Origin: a virus
Lineage: Duplodnaviria; Caudoviricetes
Length of the DNA: 64,000 bases
Reading direction: 5' to 3' (one strand)
IMG/VR virus record: IMGVR_UViG_3300024270_000002
The position numbers and the translations under genes are program-made. Each line of letters begins with the position of its first letter. Positions within the stretch are counted from its first letter, which is position 1. This document shows, in pieces, positions 9,027 through 19,571 of the stretch. Below the pieces are notes generated by a model, which was given only the letters and a program-made list of their open reading frames with translations, made no database searches and had not been told where the DNA came from.

Positions 9027-10979
9027 ATGGAATTAAAAAATAAAAAGATTCTTGAAGCGTTACAGATGCAGCCACTATCACAGGAGGAAATGACCTCTAG
9101 ACATATTTTAGGCAGAATGTACGGTCCTATTGCTACTTGTGTTGATAGCACACGTAATGGCAGACTTTACAACAAGCCTCTTTGGGAGAAAGCTCTACAA
9201 GATGATATTTTTCTAGAGAAGGTTGCTACTAAAGCACTTTTCTTAGAACTTGGGCATCCTGCCGACCGTGAAGAAACGGACATGAAACAGACTTGTGCTT
9301 GTATTCCTGAAGTTCCTAAAATTGTCGGTGATGACCTATGTGCCTATGTTGATATATTAGACACGCCTAACGGCAGACTGCTAAAAACGCTTGTAGACTA
9401 TGGATTTGTTCCTGGAATCAGCTCGCGCGGTTCCGGTGACGTTATGGACAATAATCAAGTAGATCCTGAGACGTTCTTCTTAGAGACTTGGGACATTGTT
9501 CAATTACCTGCAGTTAAAAAAGCAAGATTGAATGTTTGTGAATCTTTAGACTCTGAAGGCCTCAAGCTTAAAAAAGCTTTGGCTGAGTCTTATAAGGCTG
9601 CAAAAGAAGAGGATAAAGATACTATGAAAAAAGCATTAGAAAATTTAAATATCGATATCGAAGAAGAAATTTCTAACGAAGAAGCTACTGAGGAAACTCC
9701 TAAAAAGGTTCTTACTGCTGATGATATTCCTTGGTCTGAGGACGAGAACGAAGTTCTTGTAGAAGAAATGCCCGCAGATGATGAGGATGAACCAGAAGAG
9801 AGTGAAGAGACTTCAGAGGAGCAAGTTGAGGTAGAAAGTTCTGAGGAGCCAACAGAAACAGATATAGCTGTAACTGATGAAGAGTCTGCAGAGGAAGCTG
9901 AAGAAGCTTCTGAGAAAGAAGTTATTGACGTAGACTCTACCGAAGAGGTTGAGCTTAATACTGTCGGTGATGCTATTGAAATGCTTCAGGAATATGACGA
10001 TGATGTTAGAATTGAACTCGAGCCTATTGAAATTGATGGCCAAGAGTATGCTTTAAATGGCATTACTTCCTTTGTCGACGATGAGGGCGAAAAAGATATC
10101 TTAGTTTTAGGTGTTACCTGTGAAGACTCTGAAGAAGCTTCAGATGACACAGATTCAAATATAGAGATTGAAACCGAAGAAACTCCTGTTGAAACCATTG
10201 AACAAGTAGACGATGGCGAAGACTCAGCCGACGATGACGGAGATGAAGAAGTAATCGAAAGCTTGAAAGAGATGATCAGACAGAAGGAAGCTTTGGAAAC
10301 CGAAGTTAGTGATTTGCGTAAAGCTAAGTCAGTTGGCGATGCCAAGGAGCAGGAGTTACAAGAAAAGCTAGACCGGTACAGAACTGCATTTAGAACCACT
10401 AGTGCAGAAGCAGCAAAAGTTCCAGAGCTGCAAAAACAGGTTAAAGAGCTCACTGAAAAATTAACACAATCAAGCAACCAAATTAAAACATTAACTGAAA
10501 AGGTTAATAACGCACGACAGCTAAAAGAGAGCATTGAAGGTAGCAAAGCTACTGAAAGACGCTTAACAGAAGAAGTGTCTATACTTACTAAAAAGTCTGA
10601 AACTCTTGAAGCTAAATTAGAAGGTCAAACTAAGGTTTATACTGAAAAACTTCAGGAACGAACTGACCTTGCAAAAGCTTATAAAACACGCTATATTGAA
10701 ACCCTCAATAGGTATGTAAAGTCTAAAGCAGATATGCTAGGTGTTGCGCCTTCTGAAATTACAAGCCGCCTCAATGAAAGTTACACTCTTAAAGATGTTG
10801 ATGCTGTTTGTGACCAAATTCTTGAATCTACTGTAAACTTCAGTAGACTTCCTTTCGGCGGAAGGGCAAAGGCTTCTGCACGTATTGCTGAGTCTATCTC
10901 TAAACCTACTGTAAAAGACACTGAATACGGCTATGAAATCGATGACGATCTTCTCGAGCTCGCTGGATTGAAGAAATAA
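9027..10979 (+). CDS. Prohead core protease (T4 gp21-like) fused to acidic and coiled-coil scaffold region
   Basis: RNGRLY, ELGHP, ILDTPNG, GISSRGSG, WDIVQLPA motifs; long acidic stretch then heptad region; directly before MCP. Confidence 0.88.
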   Translation: MELKNKKILEALQMQPLSQEEMTSRHILGRMYGPIATCVDSTRNGRLYNKPLWEKALQDDIFLEKVATKALFLELGHPADREETDMKQTCACIPEVPKIVGDDLCAYVDILDTPNGRLLKTLVDYGFVPGISSRGSGDVMDNNQVDPETFFLETWDIVQLPAVKKARLNVCESLDSEGLKLKKALAESYKAAKEEDKDTMKKALENLNIDIEEEISNEEATEETPKKVLTADDIPWSEDENEVLVEEMPADDEDEPEESEETSEEQVEVESSEEPTETDIAVTDEESAEEAEEASEKEVIDVDSTEEVELNTVGDAIEMLQEYDDDVRIELEPIEIDGQEYALNGITSFVDDEGEKDILVLGVTCEDSEEASDDTDSNIEIETEETPVETIEQVDDGEDSADDDGDEEVIESLKEMIRQKEALETEVSDLRKAKSVGDAKEQELQEKLDRYRTAFRTTSAEAAKVPELQKQVKELTEKLTQSSNQIKTLTEKVNNARQLKESIEGSKATERRLTEEVSILTKKSETLEAKLEGQTKVYTEKLQERTDLAKAYKTRYIETLNRYVKSKADMLGVAPSEITSRLNESYTLKDVDAVCDQILESTVNFSRLPFGGRAKASARIAESISKPTVKDTEYGYEIDDDLLELAGLKK

Positions 10980-11042
10980 AATAAGCTCAAATAAACTATT
11001 AAAATAAAAAAAATTAATTATTACTTTAGAAAGAGGTAAATT

Positions 11043-12365
11043 ATGAGACAGAATCTTTTAGAGACTTATTCTCGCCAGCTCAAGGTTGCTGAGGCTTATG
11101 TAGCTAAGAACTTTGAAGGCAAAACTATGTCTAGCAATACAGCTCTTACTACTGCTGTTCTTCTAGATAACACTAACCGTTGGATGACCGAGTCACTCAA
11201 CAACACTATCGGTGCAGTTAATCATACTGACCTTGGCGCTTGGAAGAAGTTCTGCTTGAACCTTACTAATATTGCAGTTCCTTCCCTTATCGCTAATGAT
11301 CTTGTTATCGTTCATCCTATGACTTCTTACTCTGGTTCTATCGCATACCTTGAGTACGTTTCTCTTACTAAGAAGGGCGGCGTTGAGGTCGGCGATATGT
11401 TCAACAGCGTATTCGGTCATGGCGCTATGGAAGGTGAGAAGGGCGAAGCTCGTATGAACTTCACTTCTCAGATCATCGTTGAGACTATCGGCGCTGATAA
11501 GAAGCTCGCTTTTGATAAGGTTGTTGCTGGCGGTCTTACTTACATGGACGAAACAAGTTCTGATGTTAAGAAAGCTACTTACAAAGTTAACGGCAAGTAC
11601 GTAGATGAGTACACTCCTGCTGAGGGTGACAAAGTTGCTTACGTTGCTGAGCAGTTCCAGATGGCTAAGGTTCCTGCTACAGAGATTCCTGCTATTGGTC
11701 CTCGCATGAAGCACATTCCTCTTGTTGCTGAGCCTCGTAGAATCGCTGTTCGTTACGACCAGATCACTGCTTTCCAAGCTAAGACTGACTATGGCTTCTC
11801 TCTTGACAAGCAGATCGCTGAGCAGGCTTGTGGTGAGCTTGCATACGAAATCGACACCGAGATCGTAGCAATGCTTAAGGAAGGTGCTGGTGAGGCTCTT
11901 GCTGAGCTTACTTGGAGCAAGACTCTTCCTGCAGGCGTTTCTAAGTTCGAGCATTACAACGGCTTCCTTGAGGTTGTTGAAATTGCTAGAGCTATTATCT
12001 ACAACAGAACTAAGAAGTTCCATCCTAACTACATGGTAATCGCTTCTGACGTTCTTCCTGTTCTTCGTTTCATCAACGGCTTCACCGCTGTTAAGAACGT
12101 TAAGATGAATGGTCCTTACAAGGTTGGTGAGCTTGACGGACTTGCTGTTTATGTATCTCCTCTTATGGGTGAAGGCGAGTTCTTCCTTGGTCTCAACGGT
12201 AACGATATGATGAGCTCTGCTGGTGTTTATGCACCATATATGGCTATAGTGCCTACACAGCTTCTCGGAACTCCTGATGGAGGAATGGCACAGGGCTTCA
12301 GTACCTGGTACGCTAAGGCACTCCTTAACAAGTCTCTCCTTGTTGCAGGTAAAATTGAGAAATAA
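11043..12365 (+). CDS. Major capsid protein (T4 gp23-like)
   Basis: PSLIANDLVIVHPM, ELAYEIDTEIV, YAPYMAI motifs; very strong codon bias typical of high expression. Confidence 0.92.
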   Translation: MRQNLLETYSRQLKVAEAYVAKNFEGKTMSSNTALTTAVLLDNTNRWMTESLNNTIGAVNHTDLGAWKKFCLNLTNIAVPSLIANDLVIVHPMTSYSGSIAYLEYVSLTKKGGVEVGDMFNSVFGHGAMEGEKGEARMNFTSQIIVETIGADKKLAFDKVVAGGLTYMDETSSDVKKATYKVNGKYVDEYTPAEGDKVAYVAEQFQMAKVPATEIPAIGPRMKHIPLVAEPRRIAVRYDQITAFQAKTDYGFSLDKQIAEQACGELAYEIDTEIVAMLKEGAGEALAELTWSKTLPAGVSKFEHYNGFLEVVEIARAIIYNRTKKFHPNYMVIASDVLPVLRFINGFTAVKNVKMNGPYKVGELDGLAVYVSPLMGEGEFFLGLNGNDMMSSAGVYAPYMAIVPTQLLGTPDGGMAQGFSTWYAKALLNKSLLVAGKIEK

Positions 12366-12473
12366 TCTAATATAATAAATAATTACATATAATTTATTGT
12401 ATAATATATTAAGGGTTCACTGCAGAACCCTTAATATTAAGTAAAATTAAAAACTAAGTAGGAGCAATAATGT

Positions 12474-13907
12474 ATGGCGAGGCTTTTATTTGAAGATTAC
12501 TTACAACAAATAGATAAAAATGAACTTATAAATAACTATATTACAGAAAATAAATCTGTTAAAGAGTGTTGCTTAATATTCAATATAGGGCAATCTATGC
12601 TTATGCGAATATTAAAGCATTATAAGATAAGAAAACCTAAAGACGCGCATGTACAAAACATTAAAAAGAGTAAGCTTGAGCACTTTGGAAATCCTAATTA
12701 TAATAATCATGCAAAAAGAACACAAACCAATTTAGAAAAATATGGAGTAGAAAACCAATTTCAAAGACCTGAGCTATTTCCACAGATACAACAACTAAAA
12801 AGAGACCGATATGGTTCTTACAATAATATAAAAAAGAATTTAGAAACGCGAGCTCAAAATAGCGGCTCTTTGGAAGCTTCTTATGCAGCTCAGCAAGAAA
12901 CCTATAAACAAACCTGCTTAAAAAAATATGGTGTACCAAATACAGCAAAAGTCGAAGGCATAAGACGACAGATCGCAAGTACACTAAAAGATACTTTTAT
13001 TGAACGCTATGGTGCAGAGAATTACTGGGCAATGCCAGATGCTAAGCGATCAAATGGTAGTAAAAATTCTAGAGCAAATCTGTACTTTAAAGATTTGTTA
13101 GAAACTGGCCAAATATCTTTCACAGTAGAATTTCCACTTGATGGTAAATGGTTTGACTTCAAGGTTGATAATTATCTAATTGAAATAAACCCAACAGCGA
13201 CACATAATAGTACTTGGGGTATATATTCATCTGAAGGATTAGCTAAAGATTACCACAAACAAAAAGCAGCTATTGCCGCTGCTAATGGTTATATGTGCAT
13301 TCATGTATTTGATTGGGATGACCAAAACAAAATTATACAAATGCTAGAAAACAAAGAGCGTATCTATGCGAGAGATTGCACTATAAAAGAACTTTCCGCG
13401 GCTGAAGCGGCTGAGTTCCTAAATAAAAATCATTTGCAGGGGTACGCCAAAGATAAAATAAGATTAGGTTTATTTTATCAAGACTGTCTAGTATCGCTAA
13501 TGACATTTGATGCTCCGAGATATAACAGAAAGTATGAATATGAGTTAATTAGGTACTGCACTGCAGCCTATAATGTTATAGGCGGTGCTGAAAAGCTTTT
13601 TAAACATTTCATTGATCAGTATTTACCGGCATCAGTCATAAGCTACTGTGATCTTAGCAAATTTACTGGTAAAGTATATGAAAAACTCGGCTTTAAGTTA
13701 GTAAGAAAAGCTGGGCCAAGCAAGCACTGGTACAATATGAAAACAAAGCAGCATATTACGGATAACTTACTTAGACAGCGAGGCTTTGATCAGCTCTTTA
13801 AAACCGACTTTGGCAAAAACAGCGATAATGAAGAACTGATGCTTAATCACAATTTTGTAGAAGTCTATGATTGTGGACAAGCAACTTATGTATGGCATAA
13901 CAATTAA
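12474..13907 (+). mobile_element. Free-standing homing endonuclease-like gene (KYGxxN repeats, PD-(D/E)xK/Vsr-like nuclease, C-terminal GNAT-like domain; Hef-like)
   Basis: TNLEKYGVEN/TCLKKYGVPN repeats; FDFKVDNYLIEIN...YHKQK...CIHVFDWD; IYARDC...NHLQG...ELIRYC...GGAEKL; own promoter at 12395; inserted between MCP and neck genes. Confidence 0.75.
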
Positions 13908-13910
13908 ATT

Positions 13911-13948
13911 TAAAGCACGTAGTGTAAAAAGCTGCGTGCTTTATTTTT
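13911..13948 (+). terminator. Intrinsic terminator
   Basis: taaagcacgtag/ctgcgtgcttta stem plus T tract. Confidence 0.7.
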
Positions 13949-13991
13949 ATTTGCTAAATTAATTAGTAATGTTAGCAAGGAGTTATAAACA

Positions 13992-14714
13992 ATGAAACTT
14001 GAAGATATTATAGACGAAGTTAAACTCGAACTCACTGGCTACATATTGGATATGGAGATAACAGATGAAACTTTGGTATCTGTTATTAAAAAAGCACTTA
14101 GAGAGCTAGAAAGATTCTGGGATGAGACAACTATGATCAGTGTACCATTTGCAAGCTGCATTGACTTAGATGGTGAGTTCTTCCAAGAAAAAGTAAGCTC
14201 TATTGTAAAAGTGTATAGAACTGAAGGCTTTGGCGACTCTGGTGGTGGACTTTCTGTAACAAGCGACCCGGTTCAAATGGCACAATTTGCTATTTTCAGC
14301 AACGGTGGTACAATGTACAGCTTACAGGATTATGTTATGAACTACGCTTCTTGGATGTCCATGCATCAGATAAGAAATACTATGTCTACAGACATGTCCT
14401 TCAAAGAAGATCGTCACAATAAAAAACTCTATATAAATAGTGCAAATAGCGCGCCCAATATGGTCACAATTGAGTACATACCAAAATTGCTCTCAGTAGA
14501 AGACATTAAAAGCGATTATTGGACGGACATTCTGGTTAAATACTGTGTAGCACTTACTAAAGTAGTTTTAGGAAGAATTAGAACACGCTTTAGTCAGACT
14601 AATGCACTCTGGACGCAAGATGGCGAGAAGATTTTAGAAGAAGGTAACACTGAGCTAAAAGAACTTCGAGAGCTGCTACGTCTAAATTCAAATATGATTT
14701 ATTTAATTGATTAA
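13992..14714 (+). CDS. Neck/head-completion protein (T4 gp13-like)
   Basis: C-terminal LGRIRTRF...DGEKILEEG..EL..L pattern; position after MCP. Confidence 0.7.
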   Translation: MKLEDIIDEVKLELTGYILDMEITDETLVSVIKKALRELERFWDETTMISVPFASCIDLDGEFFQEKVSSIVKVYRTEGFGDSGGGLSVTSDPVQMAQFAIFSNGGTMYSLQDYVMNYASWMSMHQIRNTMSTDMSFKEDRHNKKLYINSANSAPNMVTIEYIPKLLSVEDIKSDYWTDILVKYCVALTKVVLGRIRTRFSQTNALWTQDGEKILEEGNTELKELRELLRLNSNMIYLID

Positions 14715-14733
14715 CAAATTAAGGAGAAATATA

Positions 14734-16899
14734 ATGAAAGAATCTGTTACTAAGTTTGATCTAGAGTCTGCTTTTAAGGCTCTTGATGAAATAGATATCC
14801 CAGTAGCTGATCAAGGTATTAGAGCTAACAGACCTGCACTTACGGAGATTTTTTCACGTAAATCTAAATTCGACTCTCTTTTCGAGGAGTACTATGATAT
14901 TGGTACTACTGACGGTCTTGATGGTGCTAAGGAAGCTCGTGAAGCTGAGGTAGCTAAAGCTAAGCTAGAGCGTATTGAAAAAATTGTTGATCTTGACGCT
15001 GAGTCTCCTGAAGACCTTCTTACGTCTTATGTTGGTAAGTATATTATGCAGTGTCCTCAGTGCATGACTCTTTTCTATAAAGATAAAGAAGATATTGTAG
15101 AGTCTGAGGAAGATCCTAATACTGTAAATGTAAATGAGATTTGTCAGCACTGTGGTAACGAATCTGGTTATACCCTAGTCGGTAAAGTGGGTGAAGCTGA
15201 GGCAGAAAATGCTGGAGAGCTACCTACTGACTTAGAGGCAACAGAAGCTGATGAGATTGACTTGGAGATGCCCACAGAAGAGCCTACGGAAGATGACCTT
15301 GAAATTGACCTCGATGCTATCAATCTTGACGAGGAGCCAGCGGAGGAAGAAGAAAAGACAGAGGAAGCTTTTGTAGTGCATACTGGCGAGTCTCTCATAG
15401 AGGATATCCAAGAGGACAAAGACCTTGATGCAAAGCTTGAGGCTCATAATGAATATATTGAGTATCTTAGGACTGCGATCTCTCAGGAAGAAGCAGCACT
15501 AGAAAAAGCTACTAATGAACAAGTTAAAGTTGCTATTCAAAGAAATATAGATGCTTTTAAAATTGACTTGGAGGCAGCACTTCCTGACGCAGTAAAAAAT
15601 GACGAGGCTATTGCTGAGAGTACTACAGAAGATACTACAGAAGATACTGTAGATGAGATGCCGGTTGAGGAAGCTCCTGTAGAGGTCGAAGAAGTTGTTG
15701 AGAGTCTGACAGAGTCTTTGCAAGAAGAAGCCGACCTTGAAGTATCTGCAGAAGAATTTGAAGAGCTTATTAACTCTCCTGAGTTTAAAAAGCCTATATC
15801 AGATACAGCGGCAAGAGCTATGATTGATGCTGAAAACGAGGAAGAAGATGTTAAAGAAAGTGCTGAGGCTAAGGAGGAAACTGACACCCTAGAGGAAGGT
15901 ATCTTCGACACACTTAAGTTAACACGTTCCAGTAAAGCAGAGTGGGTACTTAATAATGCATTAGTCGACTATGAGAAGGCTGTCGTGGATAAGAACGGCG
16001 GTGTGGAAACTAGTAAAGATAACAAACTTTTTAATGTTTTTGTTATTTTGTGTCTAAAGCCTGACGGTAACGGCGGTTTTGTAAGAGGTACAAAGTATGC
16101 TGACGTTAAGACAAAGTACAAAGATGCAGAAAATATCGCTAAAGGCTGGAGCATGAAGAGTGATGGTGGTCCTGCAGAAATCTATCTCACAAAGAGTGCA
16201 GATGCTGTTAACGGCGTATTCTTATGCAAATATATTAACGGCAAGCTTGATACTACTACAGATAAACTTGACGAAATTATTAATACAATAAAAAAAGACC
16301 AAAAAGGTAGTAAACTGCGTGTTAAAGGTGGAACTGACCAGTCTGAAACTCGTCAAATAGCCGCTTCTAATCTAAAGCAAGGTATGCAAATTAAAGTAGA
16401 TGACACAACTACGGGAGAAGTAGTTAAAGTAGCGCAGTCAAAGTCTAAAGCAGTTAAAAACCAATATGTTGTTAGTATTAAATACGCAGACGGTAAAACT
16501 GAAAATGAACGTGTTGATGGCAACTATGAGTTTACAGTTGTAAGAGACTCTATTAAAAACGAGAGTCTTGCTACAATAATGCACGATGTAGATGAATTAC
16601 AAGAGGCTGTGTTAGAGTCACTTATTTCTGACTCACTAGTAAAGACCTATGGTAATGTAGCAGGCTATAGATTAACTAACTGTAGTTATATAAATGAATC
16701 ACTTAATATTGCAGGCACTATCTATTTCACTTCTGGCAACACTAGAAAAACTACATATTCTTTCTACGAAGCTGGCACTGAAAATGATAAAGTCACGCTT
16801 ATTGGTCTAAATGAGAAGCTTGGTCACGGTAAGCAATTCGAACTTACCTGTAGCATTAAAAATAAAACACTTATTACTGAATCTTTCGGTCGTAAGTAA
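14734..16899 (+). CDS. Large acidic virion/head-associated protein with Zn ribbon and many LxE sites
   Basis: ATG 14734 with aaggag RBS; CPQC...CQHC; LTESLQEEA, LEEG, INESL, LITESF. Confidence 0.65.
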   Translation: MKESVTKFDLESAFKALDEIDIPVADQGIRANRPALTEIFSRKSKFDSLFEEYYDIGTTDGLDGAKEAREAEVAKAKLERIEKIVDLDAESPEDLLTSYVGKYIMQCPQCMTLFYKDKEDIVESEEDPNTVNVNEICQHCGNESGYTLVGKVGEAEAENAGELPTDLEATEADEIDLEMPTEEPTEDDLEIDLDAINLDEEPAEEEEKTEEAFVVHTGESLIEDIQEDKDLDAKLEAHNEYIEYLRTAISQEEAALEKATNEQVKVAIQRNIDAFKIDLEAALPDAVKNDEAIAESTTEDTTEDTVDEMPVEEAPVEVEEVVESLTESLQEEADLEVSAEEFEELINSPEFKKPISDTAARAMIDAENEEEDVKESAEAKEETDTLEEGIFDTLKLTRSSKAEWVLNNALVDYEKAVVDKNGGVETSKDNKLFNVFVILCLKPDGNGGFVRGTKYADVKTKYKDAENIAKGWSMKSDGGPAEIYLTKSADAVNGVFLCKYINGKLDTTTDKLDEIINTIKKDQKGSKLRVKGGTDQSETRQIAASNLKQGMQIKVDDTTTGEVVKVAQSKSKAVKNQYVVSIKYADGKTENERVDGNYEFTVVRDSIKNESLATIMHDVDELQEAVLESLISDSLVKTYGNVAGYRLTNCSYINESLNIAGTIYFTSGNTRKTTYSFYEAGTENDKVTLIGLNEKLGHGKQFELTCSIKNKTLITESFGRK

Positions 16900-16905
16900 C
16901 TAACT

Positions 16906-16943
16906 ATCAATACACAGTGTTTATTTAAGCACTGTGTATTGAT
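16906..16943 (+). terminator. Hairpin / possible terminator
   Basis: atcaatacacagtg/cactgtgtattgat inverted repeat. Confidence 0.55.
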
Positions 16944-16963
16944 GCTAAAAGAAAGGAGCTTAT

Positions 16964-17473
16964 ATGTCAAATAATGTAAAAGACTACGGTGTACTTATAC
17001 GTGACGAAATAAAATTACATCGTATGTGGTTTAAACAGTGCGTTGCCTTACATGGGATTAACTGCAAATATAGAGCTCCTATAGGTAAAGATTACGATAC
17101 ATATGGGGATCTTCAATCTGGGTACAAGCCAGAAATTATTGTAGGTTGTTTATTTGAAGAGCATCCAAACCAAAAATCCCTGAAAAAAGCGGGCTGGGTT
17201 GCTGAACTACAAGAAGGCTCATCTATAATACATGTACCATATGACTTACCAGGACTTCAAGTCGGTGCACTATTTAAAGTACCAAGTGGGCTAGACAACG
17301 GCAATGGTCGGCTATTCCGCGTGATAAGTATGTCAAACATCATGATATACCCTGCTTCTATTGCTTGCGAAATTGCACTTGAGTACGAGTCAGTTGATGA
17401 ACAGCGACTAAGCACGGCTGCCAACGAAAAAGAAGATATGCCACTACTTATAGATAGAGAGGATGATGACTAA
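16964..17473 (+). CDS. Head-closure/neck protein (gp14-like)
   Basis: Position in neck region; LKKAGWVAE and RLFRV beta-rich pattern. Confidence 0.5.
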   Translation: MSNNVKDYGVLIRDEIKLHRMWFKQCVALHGINCKYRAPIGKDYDTYGDLQSGYKPEIIVGCLFEEHPNQKSLKKAGWVAELQEGSSIIHVPYDLPGLQVGALFKVPSGLDNGNGRLFRVISMSNIMIYPASIACEIALEYESVDEQRLSTAANEKEDMPLLIDREDDD

Positions 17474-18486
17474 TGCCAAATACTCTGCTCGAAGCGAATT
17501 TTCCAACAGTTAACCTTCGCTCCATATATACGCAGACGGTAAATACTAATACAGCTAGCACCGAGTCTAGTGCAGACACAAAAGACGCTAATACAATACT
17601 AGCAGCAAAACTAGCTAGTCTTGGTTTCAATGATGACATTATTAAAAAACTAATTAGCTTTGGTGAACCATTTAAGAAGGTATGTACTGCACTTGGTTTT
17701 AAGCTGAATAATGCGACTGGTGGGAATCCTATACTTGCTTTTGTAAATCAAACATATGTACAAGAAAAGCTACTTAAAACAGATCTTTTAAATAGTCGTA
17801 CCTTTAAGGTTATCTATAATGCAGTTGCGAAAAAACTAGTGGCAGACAGCGAATTTTTTACTGAAAGAACCTATAACATAATCTATTGCCAAGACTTATA
17901 TAGTAAGTCTGTTCAGGAAATGGAAGAATATTTAATATTACAGCGCAGTATATTATCACCAACAGCTCAAAGCTATGATGGACAAACACAACTTAAAAAT
18001 AGACAAGTATTCCTATCTATAGATAACATTAAAAATTCAAATGGCGAAAAAGAGCTTGACCCAAATACATACGTAAAAAAAGTTAAAGCAATAACCCTTG
18101 ATGATAAAGCACTGCCAACAGTATTTAATGCTAAGCTCAACAGCATAGCAGTAGCTAAAGCAATCAGCGGTAGTAAACAAGAAGAGCCAAAAGCAATTAC
18201 TAAGAGCAATAAAGAACTTATTGCTATTTTAAAAAAGCTTACTACTATTGAAGACAAACTTGCTGTAATAATGTCATTGAGCGCAAGCACTAACAGCAAG
18301 AAAGCACAACAAGCACTAGTTGCTCCTGAGCTTGGCGGTGTTAGCGGGGATTTAGTTACAAAAGCTTTCTTACGGCTTTCTAAAGATGGTATATTACCAA
18401 AAGGTCAGTTAAGCACAGAGACTGCAGACACTTTAGTAGGTCTTATAATGGCTACACTTAAGTCAAAAGAAGAAGCTGATATATAA
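17473..18486 (+). CDS. Hypothetical virion protein
   Basis: 337 aa ORF translationally coupled in structural operon; N-terminal LLEA. Confidence 0.65.
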   Translation: MPNTLLEANFPTVNLRSIYTQTVNTNTASTESSADTKDANTILAAKLASLGFNDDIIKKLISFGEPFKKVCTALGFKLNNATGGNPILAFVNQTYVQEKLLKTDLLNSRTFKVIYNAVAKKLVADSEFFTERTYNIIYCQDLYSKSVQEMEEYLILQRSILSPTAQSYDGQTQLKNRQVFLSIDNIKNSNGEKELDPNTYVKKVKAITLDDKALPTVFNAKLNSIAVAKAISGSKQEEPKAITKSNKELIAILKKLTTIEDKLAVIMSLSASTNSKKAQQALVAPELGGVSGDLVTKAFLRLSKDGILPKGQLSTETADTLVGLIMATLKSKEEADI

Positions 18487-18488
18487 TT

Positions 18489-18818
18489 ATGTTTTTTACT
18501 ATTAAAAACAAACGCAAGCAATCTACTGAACAATTGCGTACAGATACTTTGCTTGCTGCGTACTTTGTAATAAAAAATTATCCAATACATGCGTCTGACC
18601 TTATGCTGGACAGGTTTATTCAGCAGCAATATAAGGTGTCGTTAAAGGATATGTGTATTAAACTACTACTAAGCCTTACTTTTAGTATGGATAGTAAAAA
18701 CAATTTAATACTTCTATTTAAAGACCCTAGGTATGATAAAATTGCTCGCTTAATTACGTACGGCAACGGCGCAATACCTGGAAGCAAAATTCTTCAAATA
18801 GCACTAAATAATAGATAG
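18489..18818 (+). CDS. Hypothetical protein (neck/tail completion region)
   Basis: 109 aa ORF; ARLITYGNG motif. Confidence 0.6.
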   Translation: MFFTIKNKRKQSTEQLRTDTLLAAYFVIKNYPIHASDLMLDRFIQQQYKVSLKDMCIKLLLSLTFSMDSKNNLILLFKDPRYDKIARLITYGNGAIPGSKILQIALNNR

Positions 18819-18835
18819 AAGGATGTGGACTACTG

Positions 18836-19483
18836 ATGGCAATAAGTTATTATGATGAAGCTATTACACAAAAAATTAAGGGTTGGCTAGCAGACTCTTC
18901 TCAACTTAGAGTGCTATCTCCTGACGAGTCAACAAGATTACTTCAGCTGCAAGCAGAAGACTCTAGTGACCAGCCGCTAAAGCTTCCGCTAATTGCGATA
19001 TCAAGAAATAGAGACATTGAGATTGAGTCAACAATAAAACAAAACAAATCTTTTAATGGTATTGTTATTGGTAAAGATACAGAAAGTGCAACTACCGTTC
19101 ACCTAAATGTGATACCAATAAAAACTACGTACCAGCTCGATATTTATACAAAACAGCGCATTGAAGCAGATGAATACGTACGACAATATTTATTTAAGTT
19201 AATAAATAATCCGCAAATAATTATTGATATTCCCTATAACAGCGCAAATAACGGCTGTGTAGTTAGACATACTGCGAATTTAAGAGTATTAAATACCGTG
19301 TCAGACACCAGTGACATACCTACACATATTTTCCCAGGTCAGTTTTATAAGTGGACAATACAACTTGAACTGCAGGATGGCTTTTTATTTAGTATACCAC
19401 AAAAGAAAAACTGGCGGTTCATTGGCTGTGAAGTAGCACTTTCAGACAAGATAGTTGACCCAACCTATGAACAAATAATATAA
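18836..19483 (+). CDS. Tail terminator / sheath stabiliser (gp15-like)
   Basis: LPLIAISR, IPIKTTYQLDIYT..R.EADE pattern; directly before sheath. Confidence 0.6.
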   Translation: MAISYYDEAITQKIKGWLADSSQLRVLSPDESTRLLQLQAEDSSDQPLKLPLIAISRNRDIEIESTIKQNKSFNGIVIGKDTESATTVHLNVIPIKTTYQLDIYTKQRIEADEYVRQYLFKLINNPQIIIDIPYNSANNGCVVRHTANLRVLNTVSDTSDIPTHIFPGQFYKWTIQLELQDGFLFSIPQKKNWRFIGCEVALSDKIVDPTYEQII

Positions 19484-19571
19484 CTAAATAAAAATAATTT
19501 GCTAAATTATTTGAAAGTCTTGAACAAATAGTTCAAATAAATTAATAATAAAAACAAGGAGATACATTAGT

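Noticed and set aside
11193-12023. 276-aa minus-strand ORF
   Set aside because: Antisense shadow of the codon-biased capsid gene; no RBS or recognisable motifs.
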